This document shows positions 12,578 through 24,624 of a stretch of 64,000 nucleotides of DNA, piece after piece. The notes under the pieces were generated by a model. That model saw only the letters and a program-made list of their open reading frames with translations, was not told the DNA's origin and did not search any database. A program made the translations under genes and the position numbers. Within the stretch, counting starts at the first letter, position 1. Each line of letters opens with the position of its first letter. Origin of the DNA: Mytilus californianus (Eukaryota). Location of the stretch: positions 92,775,982 to 92,839,981 of the forward strand of contig NW_026262679.1 of NCBI RefSeq assembly GCF_021869535.1, in the 5' to 3' direction.

Positions 12578-14585
12578 CGGCGTCGTCCGGCGTCGTCCGA
12601 AGACACATTGGTTTTCGCACTCTAACTTTAGTTTAAGTGAATGGATCTCCATGAAATTTCACCATAAGGTTCAATACCACAAAAGGAAGGTTGGGATTGA
12701 TTTTGGGGGTTATGGTACCAACAGTTAAGGAATTAGGGGCCAAAAAGGGGCCAAAAATAAGCATTTTTGTAACTTTCAGACAATAACTTGTGTGTAAGTG
12801 TATGGATCTCTCTGACATGTACCACAAGGTTCCATATCACAAAGGGAAGGCTGTAATTGATTTTGGGGGTAATTGCTTCAAAATTTTAGGAATTAGGGGC
12901 CAAAAAAGGGGCAAAAAACAAGCATTTTTCTAGTTTCATGACAATAACTTGTGTGTAAGTGTTTGGATATTTCTGAAATTGTACTACAAGGTTCCATATC
13001 ACAAAGGGAAAGCTGGAATTGAGTTTGGGGGTAATTGCCCGAAACGTTTAGGAATTGGGGGCCAAAAAGGGGCCAAAAATAAGCATTTTTCTAGTTTCCA
13101 GACAATAACTTGTGTTCAAGTGTATGGATCTCTCTGAAATTGTACTGCAAGGTACCATACCACAAAGGGAAGGCTGGGATTGAGTTTGGGGGTGATGAAT
13201 CATAAGGGGGTTCAAAAAATTGGGGGGGGGGATTTTTTTTTTTTTTTTTTTTCTTTTTTTCCTTTTTTTTTTCTTTTAAAATTTTCCATTTAAAGTTGGT
13301 TATTTCTGATTTATATTTAAAAGCAAATAATAATGATATGGTAGGAGATACACACCAAACAGGATGTGTAAATTATTATATAATAAGTATTGTGCAATAG
13401 CAAGAAATTTTCAATTGCACAGTATTGCACAATAGCAAGAAATCTTCAATTGCACAGTATTGCGCAATAGCAAGAAATCTTCAATTTAACAGTATTGCGC
13501 AATAGCAAGAAATATCCAATAGCACAATATTGCGCAATAGCAAGAAATTGTCAATTGTACAGTATTGCGCAATAGCAAGAAATATTCAATTGCACAGTAT
13601 TGTGCAAAAGAAGATACTTCGTATAAATTGCTTATTTCTTGATCAATTTCAATGGGGTTTTATTCTTGAATTCTTGGGGTTCTTTAATATGCTGAATCTA
13701 ACCGTGTATTAAGTTTTTGGATTTTGGGCCCCGTTTTTAAATTGGTCCACATTGAGGTCCAAAGGGTCCAAAATTAAACTTTGTTTGATTTCAACAAAAA
13801 TTGAATATATGGGGTTCTTTGATATGCTGAATCTAAACATGTATTTAGATTTTAGATTTTTGGCCCAGTTTTCAAGTTGGTCCAAATTGGGGTCCAAAAT
13901 TAAACTTCGTTTGATTTCAACAAAAATTGAATATATGGGGTTCTTTGATATGCTGAATCTTACCATGTATTTAGATTTTTTATTTGTGGGCCCGCTATCA
14001 AATTGGTTCATATTGAGGTCAAAAGGGTCCAAAATTAAACTTTGTTTGATTTCATCAAAAATTGAATTATTGGGGTTCTTTGATATGCCAAATCTAACTG
14101 TGTTTTTAGATTTTTAATTTAGGGTCCCGTTTTTTAAATTTGTCTACATTAAGGTCCAAAGGGTCCAAAATTAAACTTAGTTTGATTTTAACAAAAATTG
14201 AATTCTTCGGGTACTTTGATATGCTGAATCTAAACATGTGTTTAGATTTTTGATTATGGGACCAGTTTTCAAGTTTGTCCAAGTTGGGGTCCAAAATTAA
14301 ACTTTGTTTGATTTCAACAAAAATTGAATATATGGGGTTCTTTGATATGCTGAATCTAACCATGTATTTTGATTTTGGACATTGGACCATAATAGGTAAA
14401 TTAAAAAAATTGAAGTTCTTAGACCACATTCTTTCTGTGTCAGAAACCTATGCTGTGTCAAATATTTAATCACAATCCAAATTCAGAGCTGTATCAAGCT
14501 TGAATGTTGTGTCCATACTTGCCCCAACTGTTCAGGGTTCGACCTCTGCGGTCGTATCAAGCTGCGCCCAGCGAAGCATTTTATT
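12493..14585 (+). mobile_element. Composite element family A, copy 2. It has (GTC)12, 4 units of the 146-bp repeat, a 35-bp array and about 6 units of the 135-bp satellite.
   Basis: Head 'tatacgaccgcaaaaattaaaaattttttggtcgtata' is a perfect 9-bp-arm hairpin. The tail reads '...gcggtcgtatcaagctgcgcccagcgaagcattttatt'. Confidence 0.8.
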
Positions 14586-15294
14586 AAATCTAAACCGGGT
14601 GTTATCTTGACAATGGTAAAACATGGACCAGAGACTGATACGTAAATTCCGTGTACGTTTACAAAGCATGAATGAGTGTAAGTAGCTCTTTCTACGTTAT
14701 TTCTTCAAGAAAATATTCGAAATAAACGTGAGATAAAGGTATCAATGACAATTTAAGCATTTTTTTAAGGAATTAGGATGCATAATTAAATTTCATGTCT
14801 CTGGTTCAAACAACGTGGTTATGACGATTTTTCATTTTCACCTTTTTAATTTTTTCATCAAATCATATTTGTAAACGTATTTCTGATAATTTAAATCTTT
14901 TTGACTAAATTAATTAGATGCAAACCGCTGAAATGTAAGAAAATAACTTTGAATAGACCGATCAATGTCCGGTTAAAAATAGTTTACCTGTCACCTGAAC
15001 AGGTAAATTTCAGCTGTTGGACAACTAATTAGCCTTGATTAAAATGAGAAGGTATTAAAGTAGGGTTTGTATTGATAGTACTTAATGATCATGTCACTTT
15101 TATGACCGGAAATGTGTGGCTGTTAAAGGCAAAAGGTTGGGTCAAAAAGATCGCGAATTATGTTAAAATGACCGTCTCTTAAGCCTTGAAAACTAAAAAG
15201 TAGATGTCTGTTTCATGCTTTGCCCAGCCGGACTTTTACCGAACATTATACAAATGTCCGGAATATATGACCGTTTTGGAAGCCTTGGTTTAGG

Positions 15295-15405
15295 GTTCAT
15301 TTATGGTTAAGGTAAGGTTAGGGTTTGTTCTAGGTTAGAGTTAGGTTAAGGGTCAGTGTTGGTTACAGGTATGGTATGGGTGAGGGTTAGTTTAATATAG
15401 CCCTA
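15295..15405. repeat. Degenerate hexamer array resembling a permuted telomeric TTAGGG repeat (interstitial telomere-like sequence)
   Basis: 'ggttaaggtaaggttagggtttgttctaggttagagttaggttaagggtcagtgttggttacaggtatggtatgggtgagggttag'. It immediately precedes the 15440 element. Confidence 0.5.
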
Positions 15406-15439
15406 TATGGGTTGGGATCCCTAAGGTAATATAATGCCA

Positions 15440-16440
15440 TTTATGTCGAGCCTTCGACTTTAGTCGAAAAAGCAAGGCATAGCGATCCTACATTCCGTCG
15501 GCGTCGTTGTCGTCGGCGGCTTCCACAAATATTCACTCTGTGGTTAAAGTTTTTGAAATTTTAATAACTTTCTTATACTATCCTGGATTTCTACCAAACT
15601 TGGACAGAAGCTTGTTTATGATCATAAGATAGTATCCAGAAGTAAATTTTGTAAAAATAAAATTCCATTTTTTCCGTATTTTACTTATAAATGGACTTAG
15701 TTTTTCTGCCGGGAAATATTACATTCACTCTGTGGTTACAGTTTTTAAAATTTTAATAACTTTCTTAAACTATCCTGGGTTTGTACCAAACTTGGACAGA
15801 AGCTTGTTTATGATCATAAGATAGTATCTAGAAGTAAATTTTGTAAAAAAATAAATCCATTTTTTCCTTATTTTACTTTTAAATGGACTTAGATTTTCTG
15901 CTTGGAAACAACACATTCACTCTGTGGTTAAAAGTTTTTAAAATTTTGATAACTTTCTTATACTATTTTGGATTTGTACCAAACTTGGACAGAAGCTTGT
16001 TTATGATCAAAAGCTAGTATCTAGAAGGAAATTTTGTAAAAAAATAAATCCATTTTTTTCGTATTTTACTTTTAAATGGACTTAGATTTTCTGCCAGGAA
16101 ACAACATATTCACTCTGTGGTTAAAGTTTTTAAAATTTTAATAACTTTCTTATACTATTTTGGATTTGTACCAAACTTGGACAGAAGCTTGTTTATGATC
16201 AAATGCTAGTATCTAGAAGGAAATTTTGTTTTTTTCCAGTTAACATTACATTCAGTCTACAGTTAAAGTTTTTAAACATTTATTAGATTCATAAACTATC
16301 CTGGATTTTTACCAAACTTGGGCAGAAGCTTCCTACAATCAAAAGATAGTATCAAGAGGAATATTTTTATTGATTTACTTCCTCGTTTTTGTTGAGCCTG
16401 CGATTAACAGAAAAAGTAGGCGAGACACTGGGTTCCGCGG
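15440..16440 (+). mobile_element. Composite element with head 'tgtcgagccttcgactttagtcgaaaaagca', a (GTCG/GGCG) microsatellite, a tandem array of about 185 bp in about 5 units, and a tail 'ttgttgagcctgcgattaacagaaaaagtaggcgagac' that partly repeats the head
   Basis: The unit '...cattcactctgtggttaaagtttttaaaattttaataactttcttatactat..tggatttgtaccaaacttggacagaagcttgtttatgatca.aag.tagtatctagaag.aaattttgtaaaaaaataaatccattttttc.tattttacttttaaatggacttagattttctgcc.ggaaa' is repeated head-to-tail. Confidence 0.65.
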
Positions 16441-17197
16441 AACCCTTACGAATTTTTGGTTATTGTTTTTCAGAGGATGATGCAACAGTCAAATTATATT
16501 TAAATATGGTATCGGGTCTGCAAAATGTGCATTTTCTCCCATTTTTCTCCTCAAATGCATGAATTTATATTCAGACTACCCCTTAACAGTGCCTATCCAG
16601 GATTTTGAGGATAGGGGGCATAATTGTGCATAATGGTAGAAAAACAGGTGAGCGTAGTGATTAAAAAATGTTTTGATGATTTTATGCCACAAATTTTTTT
16701 CCAGTCAAAGTGGTTCACCTTCTACAACCTCCTGAGTCTGCCAATGCTTAATATACAGAAAAGTTGCAAGGGCTAAATGGCAACTTCCTTGAACATTTTC
16801 ATTAGGAAACAGTAAAGATGTATTTATGCCTTTTAAAAAGCTGGACTGATTACAAGGAAGAGGTCATTCATTTGAAAATGGTGCTATTTCAATCAAGGTT
16901 AAGAAGGTTACATACTGTCAACTCTAATTTGTATATAACACTGACCTATAATCATATATTTAGACTCAATCCAATTATTATTAAGACAATTACTAATGAT
17001 TACTCAAATCCATTGAATTATTGAATAGTTTGTGACGTAATTAGAATAAACTTTTGAATGATCACATGAAAATAGTACATTTTATGAACTTTTTGGTAGA
17101 ATAATTAAAATTTCTTGTAGAATTATAACAAGTCTGCACTTGTTTGAAATTAAAATTTAGATACTAGTTACTAGTCATATAAATTTTCTTCTTTCAG

Positions 17198-17317
17198 GTG
17201 TTACGTGGACACAAGACATCAGTCAGGGATGTAGCCTATTCTCCATCAGGACGTCACATTGCCTCGGCCTCTTTAGATGGTGATGTTAAACTCTGGTCAG
17301 CCTTCAATGGAACCCAG
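17198..17317 (+). CDS. WD40-repeat gene exon: VLRGHKTSVRDVAYSPSGRHIASASLDGDVKLWSAFNGTQ
   Basis: Acceptor tttcAG at 17196-17197 and donor GTAAAC at 17318. It is 40 codons long. Confidence 0.85.
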
Positions 17318-17760
17318 GTAAACAATAGTTTACATTCATGTCAAAGTATAGATGAAAGGAATTGAAGCAATTTGGAAGCTCAAATTGATCTTAAATCAAA
17401 TATATTTCAAAATATCTCAAAATTGCAGAAAGTGTCAGCAAGGCATGGTGTCCATCGTTTATTTTCTTGAGATAGATGACTATTTAACTGAACAATCTCA
17501 ATATGTAGTTAATTTCTAGTCCTGATTATGCATGAAATATTTGCTACTGGACATTAAGGAAGCAACAAACAGCCAATATTTAATTAGGATTGAAGCCAGT
17601 GGATTCCACAAAAACAACAAAAAAGCCAAAATCAGGAGATGTTGTCTCCTATGAAACTTTTAATCTGTATAAAAAAGATGCTTTAATTTCACCATGCTAT
17701 TTCATAGCCTCCTAAAATGTTATGTACCCTCTTAATAAAGTATTGTTTTACTTCCTTCAG

Positions 17761-17859
17761 GTTGGAAATATCCAGGGTCACTCATTACCTATCAACAAAC
17801 TGACGTTCTCTCCATCTGGTAAAGAATTGATTACAGTTAGTGATGATCATAAAGTCAAG
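17761..17859 (+). CDS. WD40-repeat gene exon: VGNIQGHSLPINKLTFSPSGKELITVSDDHKVK
   Basis: Acceptor cttcAG at 17759-17760 and donor GTAATG at 17860. Confidence 0.85.
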
Positions 17860-18594
17860 GTAATGATTTGTGTTTAGTAGTTTATATGAATAAATGGAAA
17901 TGAGAGATAAAGGTCAATGAGACAGCAACCCATCAACACTTGTTTTCCTAGACGTAATATTATGAGGTCGACATAATGCTTTTTCTAGCAATTTTGAAAT
18001 GTATAAAGTCTTTACAGAAATTTATTTTTGAATTTAATTGAAGTCCCAATATGTAAGCTTCAACTTTGATGTTTCTCTGTCTGACCTTTTTCAGTCAGCA
18101 TTTTATTTTTATAATGTGGATTGAGGAAAATTTGTACTTTCCTATTACTTGAATTAGTTGTTGTGACATATTCTGCAAACAAGCCTTTATGAATTTGGGT
18201 ATTTTGGTTCAATGCTTGCACTTAATATTTTGTGGCTCATCTATGCATAAAAAAACCATAAGAAGTAGTAGTCTACTAATGATTATGAATCTACAGTAGA
18301 CATAATTCAGAAATCTATGTTGTTGGTGAGGCTGGCACATCTTTAGATACATCCTCTAGAATTCACTCAGGGCTTTTGCAGGAAAAAATGTGAGGAGAGT
18401 TGAACGCCTTATGATATTTTTTTCCGTTGGTAAGGGGTGGAAGCAAATACATTTATGTAACAAATGAAAATTAAAATTAATGGTTATGGGTGGTGTGTTA
18501 TAAAAAAAGTTTTGTCTAATCCCTCCATACATCTTTTTCCTGGAAAAACCCTCAGGAAAAAAATCTATAATATATGATATTTTTGAATATAAAG

Positions 18595-18742
18595 GTATGG
18601 TCTGGTAACCTTGGGAAACCAGTACAATGTATTGGTATGGAGGAACATGGTGCAGCCATGTCAGTAGCACTTCACCCAGATTGTGATGTTGTATTTGTTG
18701 GATACCACAGTGGAAATATTAGAGCTTTTGACGTAATGACAG
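18595..18742 (+). CDS. WD40-repeat gene exon: VWSGNLGKPVQCIGMEEHGAAMSVALHPDCDVVFVGYHSGNIRAFDVMTG
   Basis: Acceptor ataaAG at 18593-18594 and donor GTAAAA at 18743. It lies within track ORF 18574-18825. Confidence 0.8.
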
Positions 18743-19190
18743 GTAAAATTGAACTCTTTATTTTAATGGTTAGAGAAGCAACAGAGAATGTGTCCACTAT
18801 CAGTCCTCTGCAACATATATGCTGATATAAAGCCACAGCAAATCAAACAACAATGCATCAATCAAATTCAGACTATTTTCTGTACTCACCTGGTGGAGGA
18901 AATTCAGGGTTGTTATGAAGTAAATATAACTATTGTCACCCTTGGTTGGTGAATATATAGGATGTCAAAGGAAATCTTACAAATGTCATCATCATGTGAT
19001 AGATATTTGACCAATCAGAAATATTCTTAAATGACGAGGTTTGATAATATACCATATCCATCTTAGACTATCTTGATCCTTCATGTGGACTTAAATCATT
19101 TGTCAGTAAAATTGAAAGGCATGAGAAATTTTACTATTATTAAGTTGAAAAAATAGTCACTATTTTGTTATTGGTCTATATTGATTGTAG

Positions 19191-19294
19191 GATGGGAAAT
19201 TTTTGACGAAAAACTCCATACAGCTTCAGTTAGGTGTATCAAATATGTTGGAGATGGTATGGTAGTGGCAGGATCAGATGATAATACAATGACT
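19191..19294 (+). CDS. WD40-repeat gene exon: WEIFDEKLHTASVRCIKYVGDGMVVAGSDDNTMT
   Basis: Acceptor attgtAG at 19189-19190 and donor GTAAGT at 19295. Confidence 0.8.
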
Positions 19295-19899
19295 GTAAGT
19301 ATAAATTGTTCCAAAATAGTAATATTGTGATGGAGTGAGATTCCACAATCAGTTGATTATTCTATGTCAGTTAAACACATATTATTATACCTTACATATA
19401 TCATAAACAATTCTATTGGGTAACACGTTATCAAGTGACATGGAATAATTCAGTTAATTTTCATTTAATTGCAAGGAAGGACGAATAACCCTAAAAATTT
19501 ACACCAGTGGTGAATAACCCTATTATTCACCGGTGAATAACCTTTTGAGTTTCTTGATTTGTACACGAGTTATCTTCCATGAAAATGATGTCACAGACAC
19601 AAGTAAAGAAAATGGCAACGTTCACGTTACAGGAAGCCTATTGAGTGACGAGGAAACAAGGCTTTGGAAATGCATCTAGTGCTGAGGATATCTCTTATAA
19701 ACGGTCCTTTTCAGGGCCATCAATATTTTACAAAAAGATTCTACCTTTGTTGTACATACAAGAAATACTAAGACACAAATTTATTTTTGAACGTTAACTT
19801 GTGTTTGTTACGATACAGTAAGGTAAGTGCTTTTTCAATGGTTCAAAAGGCCCTTCCACTGTTAGTTCAGTATAATAAAACAATTGTGGCCCTTTAGAA

Positions 19900-19996
19900 G
19901 CGATGAATATCCAAAATTGTCAACCCTAAAAAATTATTTCACTTCAGGCTGTGCCCTCAGTGAAATAACCTTTTCATGTTGACAATTTTGGATATT
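19900..19996. mobile_element. Short MITE-like hairpin element with about 22-bp TIRs
   Basis: Left arm 'gatgaatatccaaaattgtcaac' and right arm 'gttgacaattttggatattcacc'. A related 'gtgaataacc' motif recurs at 19475-19545. Confidence 0.5.
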
Positions 19997-20720
19997 CACC
20001 TTTTCTACGGGCAATAATTGTATATTGTTAGGAGATGCCACAATCAGTTGATAATTCTATGTCAATTAAACACATATTGTTAGGAGATGCTACAATCAGT
20101 AGTTAATTTTATGTCAGTTAAACACATATCCTTGGAAAACACACTGTATATAACAGTAACATTTTGCTCAGAACAACAGTAGTTATAACATTTCCTTATT
20201 TTAACTATAATGGTAGCTGGGATTGACAAATCATGGTAGGAAATTAAATATAAAAAAAAGATTTGTTATCATTGCCAATGAGACAACTCTCCACCAGAGA
20301 CCAAATGATGTTGAAGTTAGCAACTATAGGTCAAGTCCATATTTTTCCAGAATTTAAGATGGTTGTAGACAAATTTCATCTTGAATATGCATGAAATATT
20401 TGCAACTAGACCTTTAATAGTGATGAACAGTCATTGAGATAAATGATAAGGGGGTGAGTTAGAACCCACTTGTTGTAAGGTGCTTTTGACTGATCTTAAT
20501 TGACTGGGATTGCCAGTTTCCCTGTCGAAGGTCTATGGTTCTCTCCAGTTACTCTGGCTTCCTCCACCAAAAAAACCTAGCTACCCACAATGTAGCCAAG
20601 AGTGCTGAAATTGGTTTTAATAACCAGCAATCAATCACATAACCTTTCATAAACTTTTTTACATTTTCCATTTGCTAGAAGAAGTTTGACTGGTATAATC
20701 AAATAGTTATAATATTTCAG

Positions 20721-20878
20721 ATTACAAGTACAAAAGAATCTTTAGGAGGTATGACACTGACAAACTTCACCAAACCTGTATTATGTGTAGCACTTACCAA
20801 AAAGTTGATGGCTGTAGGATCTGAAGATTTTACTTGTACATTGTTTCCAGCACCAAAGGAAAAGGATTTATCAAAGAA
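20721..20878 (+). CDS. WD40-repeat gene exon: ITSTKESLGGMTLTNFTKPVLCVALTKKLMAVGSEDFTCTLFPAPKEKDLSKK
   Basis: Acceptor atttcAG at 20719-20720 and donor GTAAGC at 20879. Confidence 0.8.
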
Positions 20879-21313
20879 GTAAGCATTCAACAAAAAAATT
20901 GGAAAGGGGGGTGGGGGTCTAAACAGTGTTCTGTCAATTAAAAAATTACTGCCATTTTTTAAGCAAAAAATGTTATTTTCAGTCCTATTTTCTGGATGTG
21001 TCCTTTATTTTCATAAATATGTATCTTGAATATCATTTATACAGATTTTGCCATGATTTTCAAGGTTTAGGTAATTGTTTTCCCTAACACAGGCTCACTT
21101 TGCCATTCTTATAAAAACATGTCCATTTGATATATGGAAGAAAGTGTTGGTTGTAGAGGAATTGTTAACGTCTCTTCCTAATCTCTCACTTTCATTTTCA
21201 GGAAAAAGACCTTACATGCATATGCTTGAATTCTTGATACTTTGAATAATTAAATGCTTTTTTGTGACAAGTGTACTGTTTACTTTATTATGTTTATTTA
21301 TTTATTTTTGCAG

Positions 21314-21419
21314 ATCAAAGCTCAAAGTTTTTTCAACTTTAACAGGCCATGTAGGACCAGTAACCAGCTGTACATTTAACCATGAAGGCTCCTTATTGGC
21401 AACAGCAAGCAGGGATGCA
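21314..21419 (+). CDS. WD40-repeat gene exon: SKLKVFSTLTGHVGPVTSCTFNHEGSLLATASRDA
   Basis: Acceptor tttgcAG at 21312-21313 and donor GTAAGT at 21420. It lies within track ORF 21264-21446. Confidence 0.85.
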
Positions 21420-22139
21420 GTAAGTTTTACTGAAACTGTGATATAATTTGTTTCTTGAAGCTTTAGCAAGTTACTTGGACTTTTTTTTAAAGTTTCATAG
21501 ACATTTTACAATTAATGTATAGAGTTATTATCTGCCTTGCAACATATTTTCAGAAAGGATAAATAAAAATATCGGCTGAGTTTCCAAAACAAATAGTTGC
21601 CAGATAGTAACTTGAGTTGCTTTGCATGAATAGGAGTGAAACTTTATACAAATTGAAGACATGGTGAAGTGGAAGAAGCTTAACAATTTTTGGGGTCAAT
21701 AGGTCTATATTCAGTGCCAACTTTCCACTTATCTGTGACTGATTTTGCAGCAGAATTTAAAAAAAACTAAACATGAATAACAACCAGCATCCTTTTGTGT
21801 CATGTTTAAAATTTGAAAAAAAGATAATTAATGATTACATGCACTTAACAATCTGAGGAAAATTTGCATATAAATGTGTCTATTTTTCGTAGAATACTAC
21901 TTTTAAAAGTGTCTGTATAACTATACACAAGCTAACATCTAGATAGCGAAAATTGACGTGTGATTGAAAAAAACATATTTCTTAAATTTCTATTTTTTTG
22001 TAAATCAATGTACTTTACTAATGATTATTTTGCCATAGTTAGATGTTGAAAAGCTATAAAGTTGTATTATCCATAAATATTTTATATATCTTTTATATTA
22101 TAAATTTTTCACCTGCATCTGTATTAAATATAAAATAAG

Positions 22140-22290
22140 GAAACGTGGTATGATTGCCATTGAGACAACTATCCACCAGAGACCAAATGATGTGGACGAA
22201 AGCATCTATAGGTCACCATACAGCCTTCCAATATGAGCAAAACCCATTAATATAGTAAGCTATAAAAGTTCAGTGGACAAAATCAATATA
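22140..22290 (+). mobile_element. SINE-like repeat, head-only copy in a WD40-gene intron
   Basis: 'gtggtatgattgccattgagacaactatccaccagagaccaaatgatg...'. Confidence 0.65.
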
Positions 22291-22353
22291 AATAAAAAAT
22301 TTGTTATCTTATAATTATTTATGTAATATAATATTTATCCCTTTTTCTATCAG

Positions 22354-22470
22354 AGTATAAGAATTTACCAGGTGACCTGGGAAACAGAACCACTTCTAAT
22401 GAATGTCCTGAGTGATTGTCATAAAGACTGGATAACTGGATGTCAGTGGTCAAATATAGCGGACTTCATA
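22354..22470 (+). CDS. WD40-repeat gene exon: SIRIYQVTWETEPLLMNVLSDCHKDWITGCQWSNIADFI
   Basis: Acceptor tctatcAG at 22352-22353 and donor GTAAGT at 22471. Confidence 0.85.
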
Positions 22471-22953
22471 GTAAGTACTACAGACTTTATAGTAACCCAA
22501 AAGATTGAAGATCTGCGTAAGGTCTCAAATTCTCTTTGTATAAATTTATGGCTTCTAGTACACAGAGACAGTTTTTGGCCCTGCTCCCTTGTTCATGGTT
22601 CAAGAGACTTTGAAAGTTTTGCATAGCTTACATGTTAATTTATGTGTTGCTATTTTACCAGTTTGTTTATTGTCACTAATATGAAGAAAAAAAATTGTGT
22701 ATATAGAAAACAATTTGGGTGCAACTGAAATGTTGATAAGTCCAAATGCAAACAACAATATTAAGCCTGGATTGTTATTTCAGGTAATAATTCTTTGATG
22801 ATTATGTTTAATGTAATGCTGATTGTAAGAATTAGAATAAAGAAAATTACCAAATAAAATTCAGATAAAAATCAGAGAAATGCCTATTAAAATTAAATGT
22901 GTTTGAAATCATAAAGGTCAACTAAATGACCACTAATATTTTTATTTTTTCAG

Positions 22954-23061
22954 GTGACTTCTTCTGTTGATTTCAACTTAAAGGTTTGGGATTCTGCAAC
23001 AGGAACAGAGAAATCAACACTAACAGGTCACATGGCCGGAATTAATGCTATATCCTATAGT
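22954..23061 (+). CDS. WD40-repeat gene exon: VTSSVDFNLKVWDSATGTEKSTLTGHMAGINAISYS
   Basis: Acceptor ttttcAG at 22952-22953 and donor GTAAGT at 23062. Confidence 0.85.
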
Positions 23062-23854
23062 GTAAGTAATTTTCATAAGGAATCAAAATATCTAGGGAAT
23101 TCCTTTGAGCTCAATCAATATGTTGAGTGAACTTAAAATTATCTTTACTCTTTTCTTAAGTACTACTGTACAAGATGACTTCATATTTAGTCAGCCCCTC
23201 AGCAGTGGTGAGTTGTAATAACATAACAATCAATGTCTCTTCAGGAATGCTCGAGGTAAGGTGTGAGCCCTTTCCGATCTGTCAGACACCTACTCCTGGT
23301 TTTCCAATACTTTAGGAAGAGAGGGGGCATACTTAGCATAGTGACATATGCATTTTCAGACTTTTGAACTTGGTTATTTTTTAGCAAACTATTCAAAAGA
23401 CAGTTGTGTAATCAACTCTTCCTTCAGTTTTTCAACCCAGTTCCTTGAAGCTTTACAGAAAGTTTGCTCTCCTATGGAAGTTGTAATTTTTACCATTTTC
23501 CTGAGTGAAAAAACAATTAAATTCTTTATTAAAATGCACACAAACTATTTACTGCGATTTTTCCCTTTGAGTCATTTTGTTTTTACCATTCCCTAATTAT
23601 TGAGAATTCTTTTGTCATAACATAAATCATTACAAATTAAGCAATTATATTACAACTGGTCTTTGATTTCTATTTTATCATTAGCTATTTAAAAAAAGTA
23701 TTGAGTACAAATGTATTGAAATCATTATTGTTCATTTGAAACAGCTTGATATAGAAATGCATACCTAAATTAAGCAGATGGTATTTGAGCAGACCTAAAA
23801 ATTCATCAAAGATACCAGGCTTATTACATTTTAAATAATGCTTGATACTGATAG

Positions 23855-24027
23855 TATACACCTTATCGCTATTTGTCCGCCATTACTGGACATCACACAG
23901 GTTCCCATAAAATTTTGACGTCACAATACAAAATATCTGACGCCACAATGGAAAAGGGATTGTTATATGACGTCAAAAGTTCAAGCGGGACAGATTCTCG
24001 GGTCAGCCGGGAATAGCGATAAGGTGT
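23855..24027. mobile_element. MITE of about 170 bp with 17-bp perfect TIRs and TA target-site duplication (Tc1/mariner-like)
   Basis: Left end 'TA|cacc ttatcgctatttg' and right end 'gaatagcgataaggtg|TA'. It lies in the intron between exons 22954-23061 and 24468-24624. Confidence 0.7.
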
Positions 24028-24467
24028 ATTGAAATAGAATTGACCGCTTTAAACACATGTATGGTTAATGCTGTAAATAAGTAACATATAAGCCTATTTT
24101 AAAAAATAATAATCCAAAATTTTAGTCCACTGTTAAATGCTAGATAATTATTCTTCAGCTCTTAAGGAAATTGGGGAGGGGGGTAAACTGGTTATGTTTG
24201 TCCTTCCTTCCATCCATGTTTCTGTCCATTCTTCCGTCTATGTTTCTGTCTGTCCATTCCCTCTGTCCCATTACTGTTTGATTTTATTTTTCTGAAGAAC
24301 TATTAATCAGAGCTTCCTAAATTTAGGCATCAAGCTTCATGTGAGCAAAATTTACTTTTTGATATATTTTCACATCCATTACTCATAAACTTCCTGTTTA
24401 CCGAAAACTTATAGATTGGGTATCATAAATAAGAAATCTCTCTCAGTTTAACTTGTTTGTTCTATAG

Positions 24468-24624
24468 TATGGTTGTATAGTGTCCTGCAGTAGTGATGGA
24501 GCAGTCAAAGTTTGGTCACAGAAAGGTACAGAGATCACAACACTGTATGGACATACACAGAGAGTCAATGGATGTGATATGATTGTCAAAACAAGCAAAG
24601 ATGAGACAGAAGAGGAAGAAGAGG
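24468..24624 (+). CDS. WD40-repeat gene exon: YGCIVSCSSDGAVKVWSQKGTEITTLYGHTQRVNGCDMIVKTSKDETEEEEE
   Basis: Acceptor tctatAG at 24466-24467 and donor GTAAAT at 24625. It lies within track ORF 24480-24728. Confidence 0.85.

Noticed and set aside
13709-14429. Long overlapping ORFs of 100-146 aa on both strands through the 135-bp satellite. The same pattern occurs at 27507-29147.
   Set aside because: They are periodic translations of a tandem satellite: the same peptide recurs every 45 aa, and both strands stay open.
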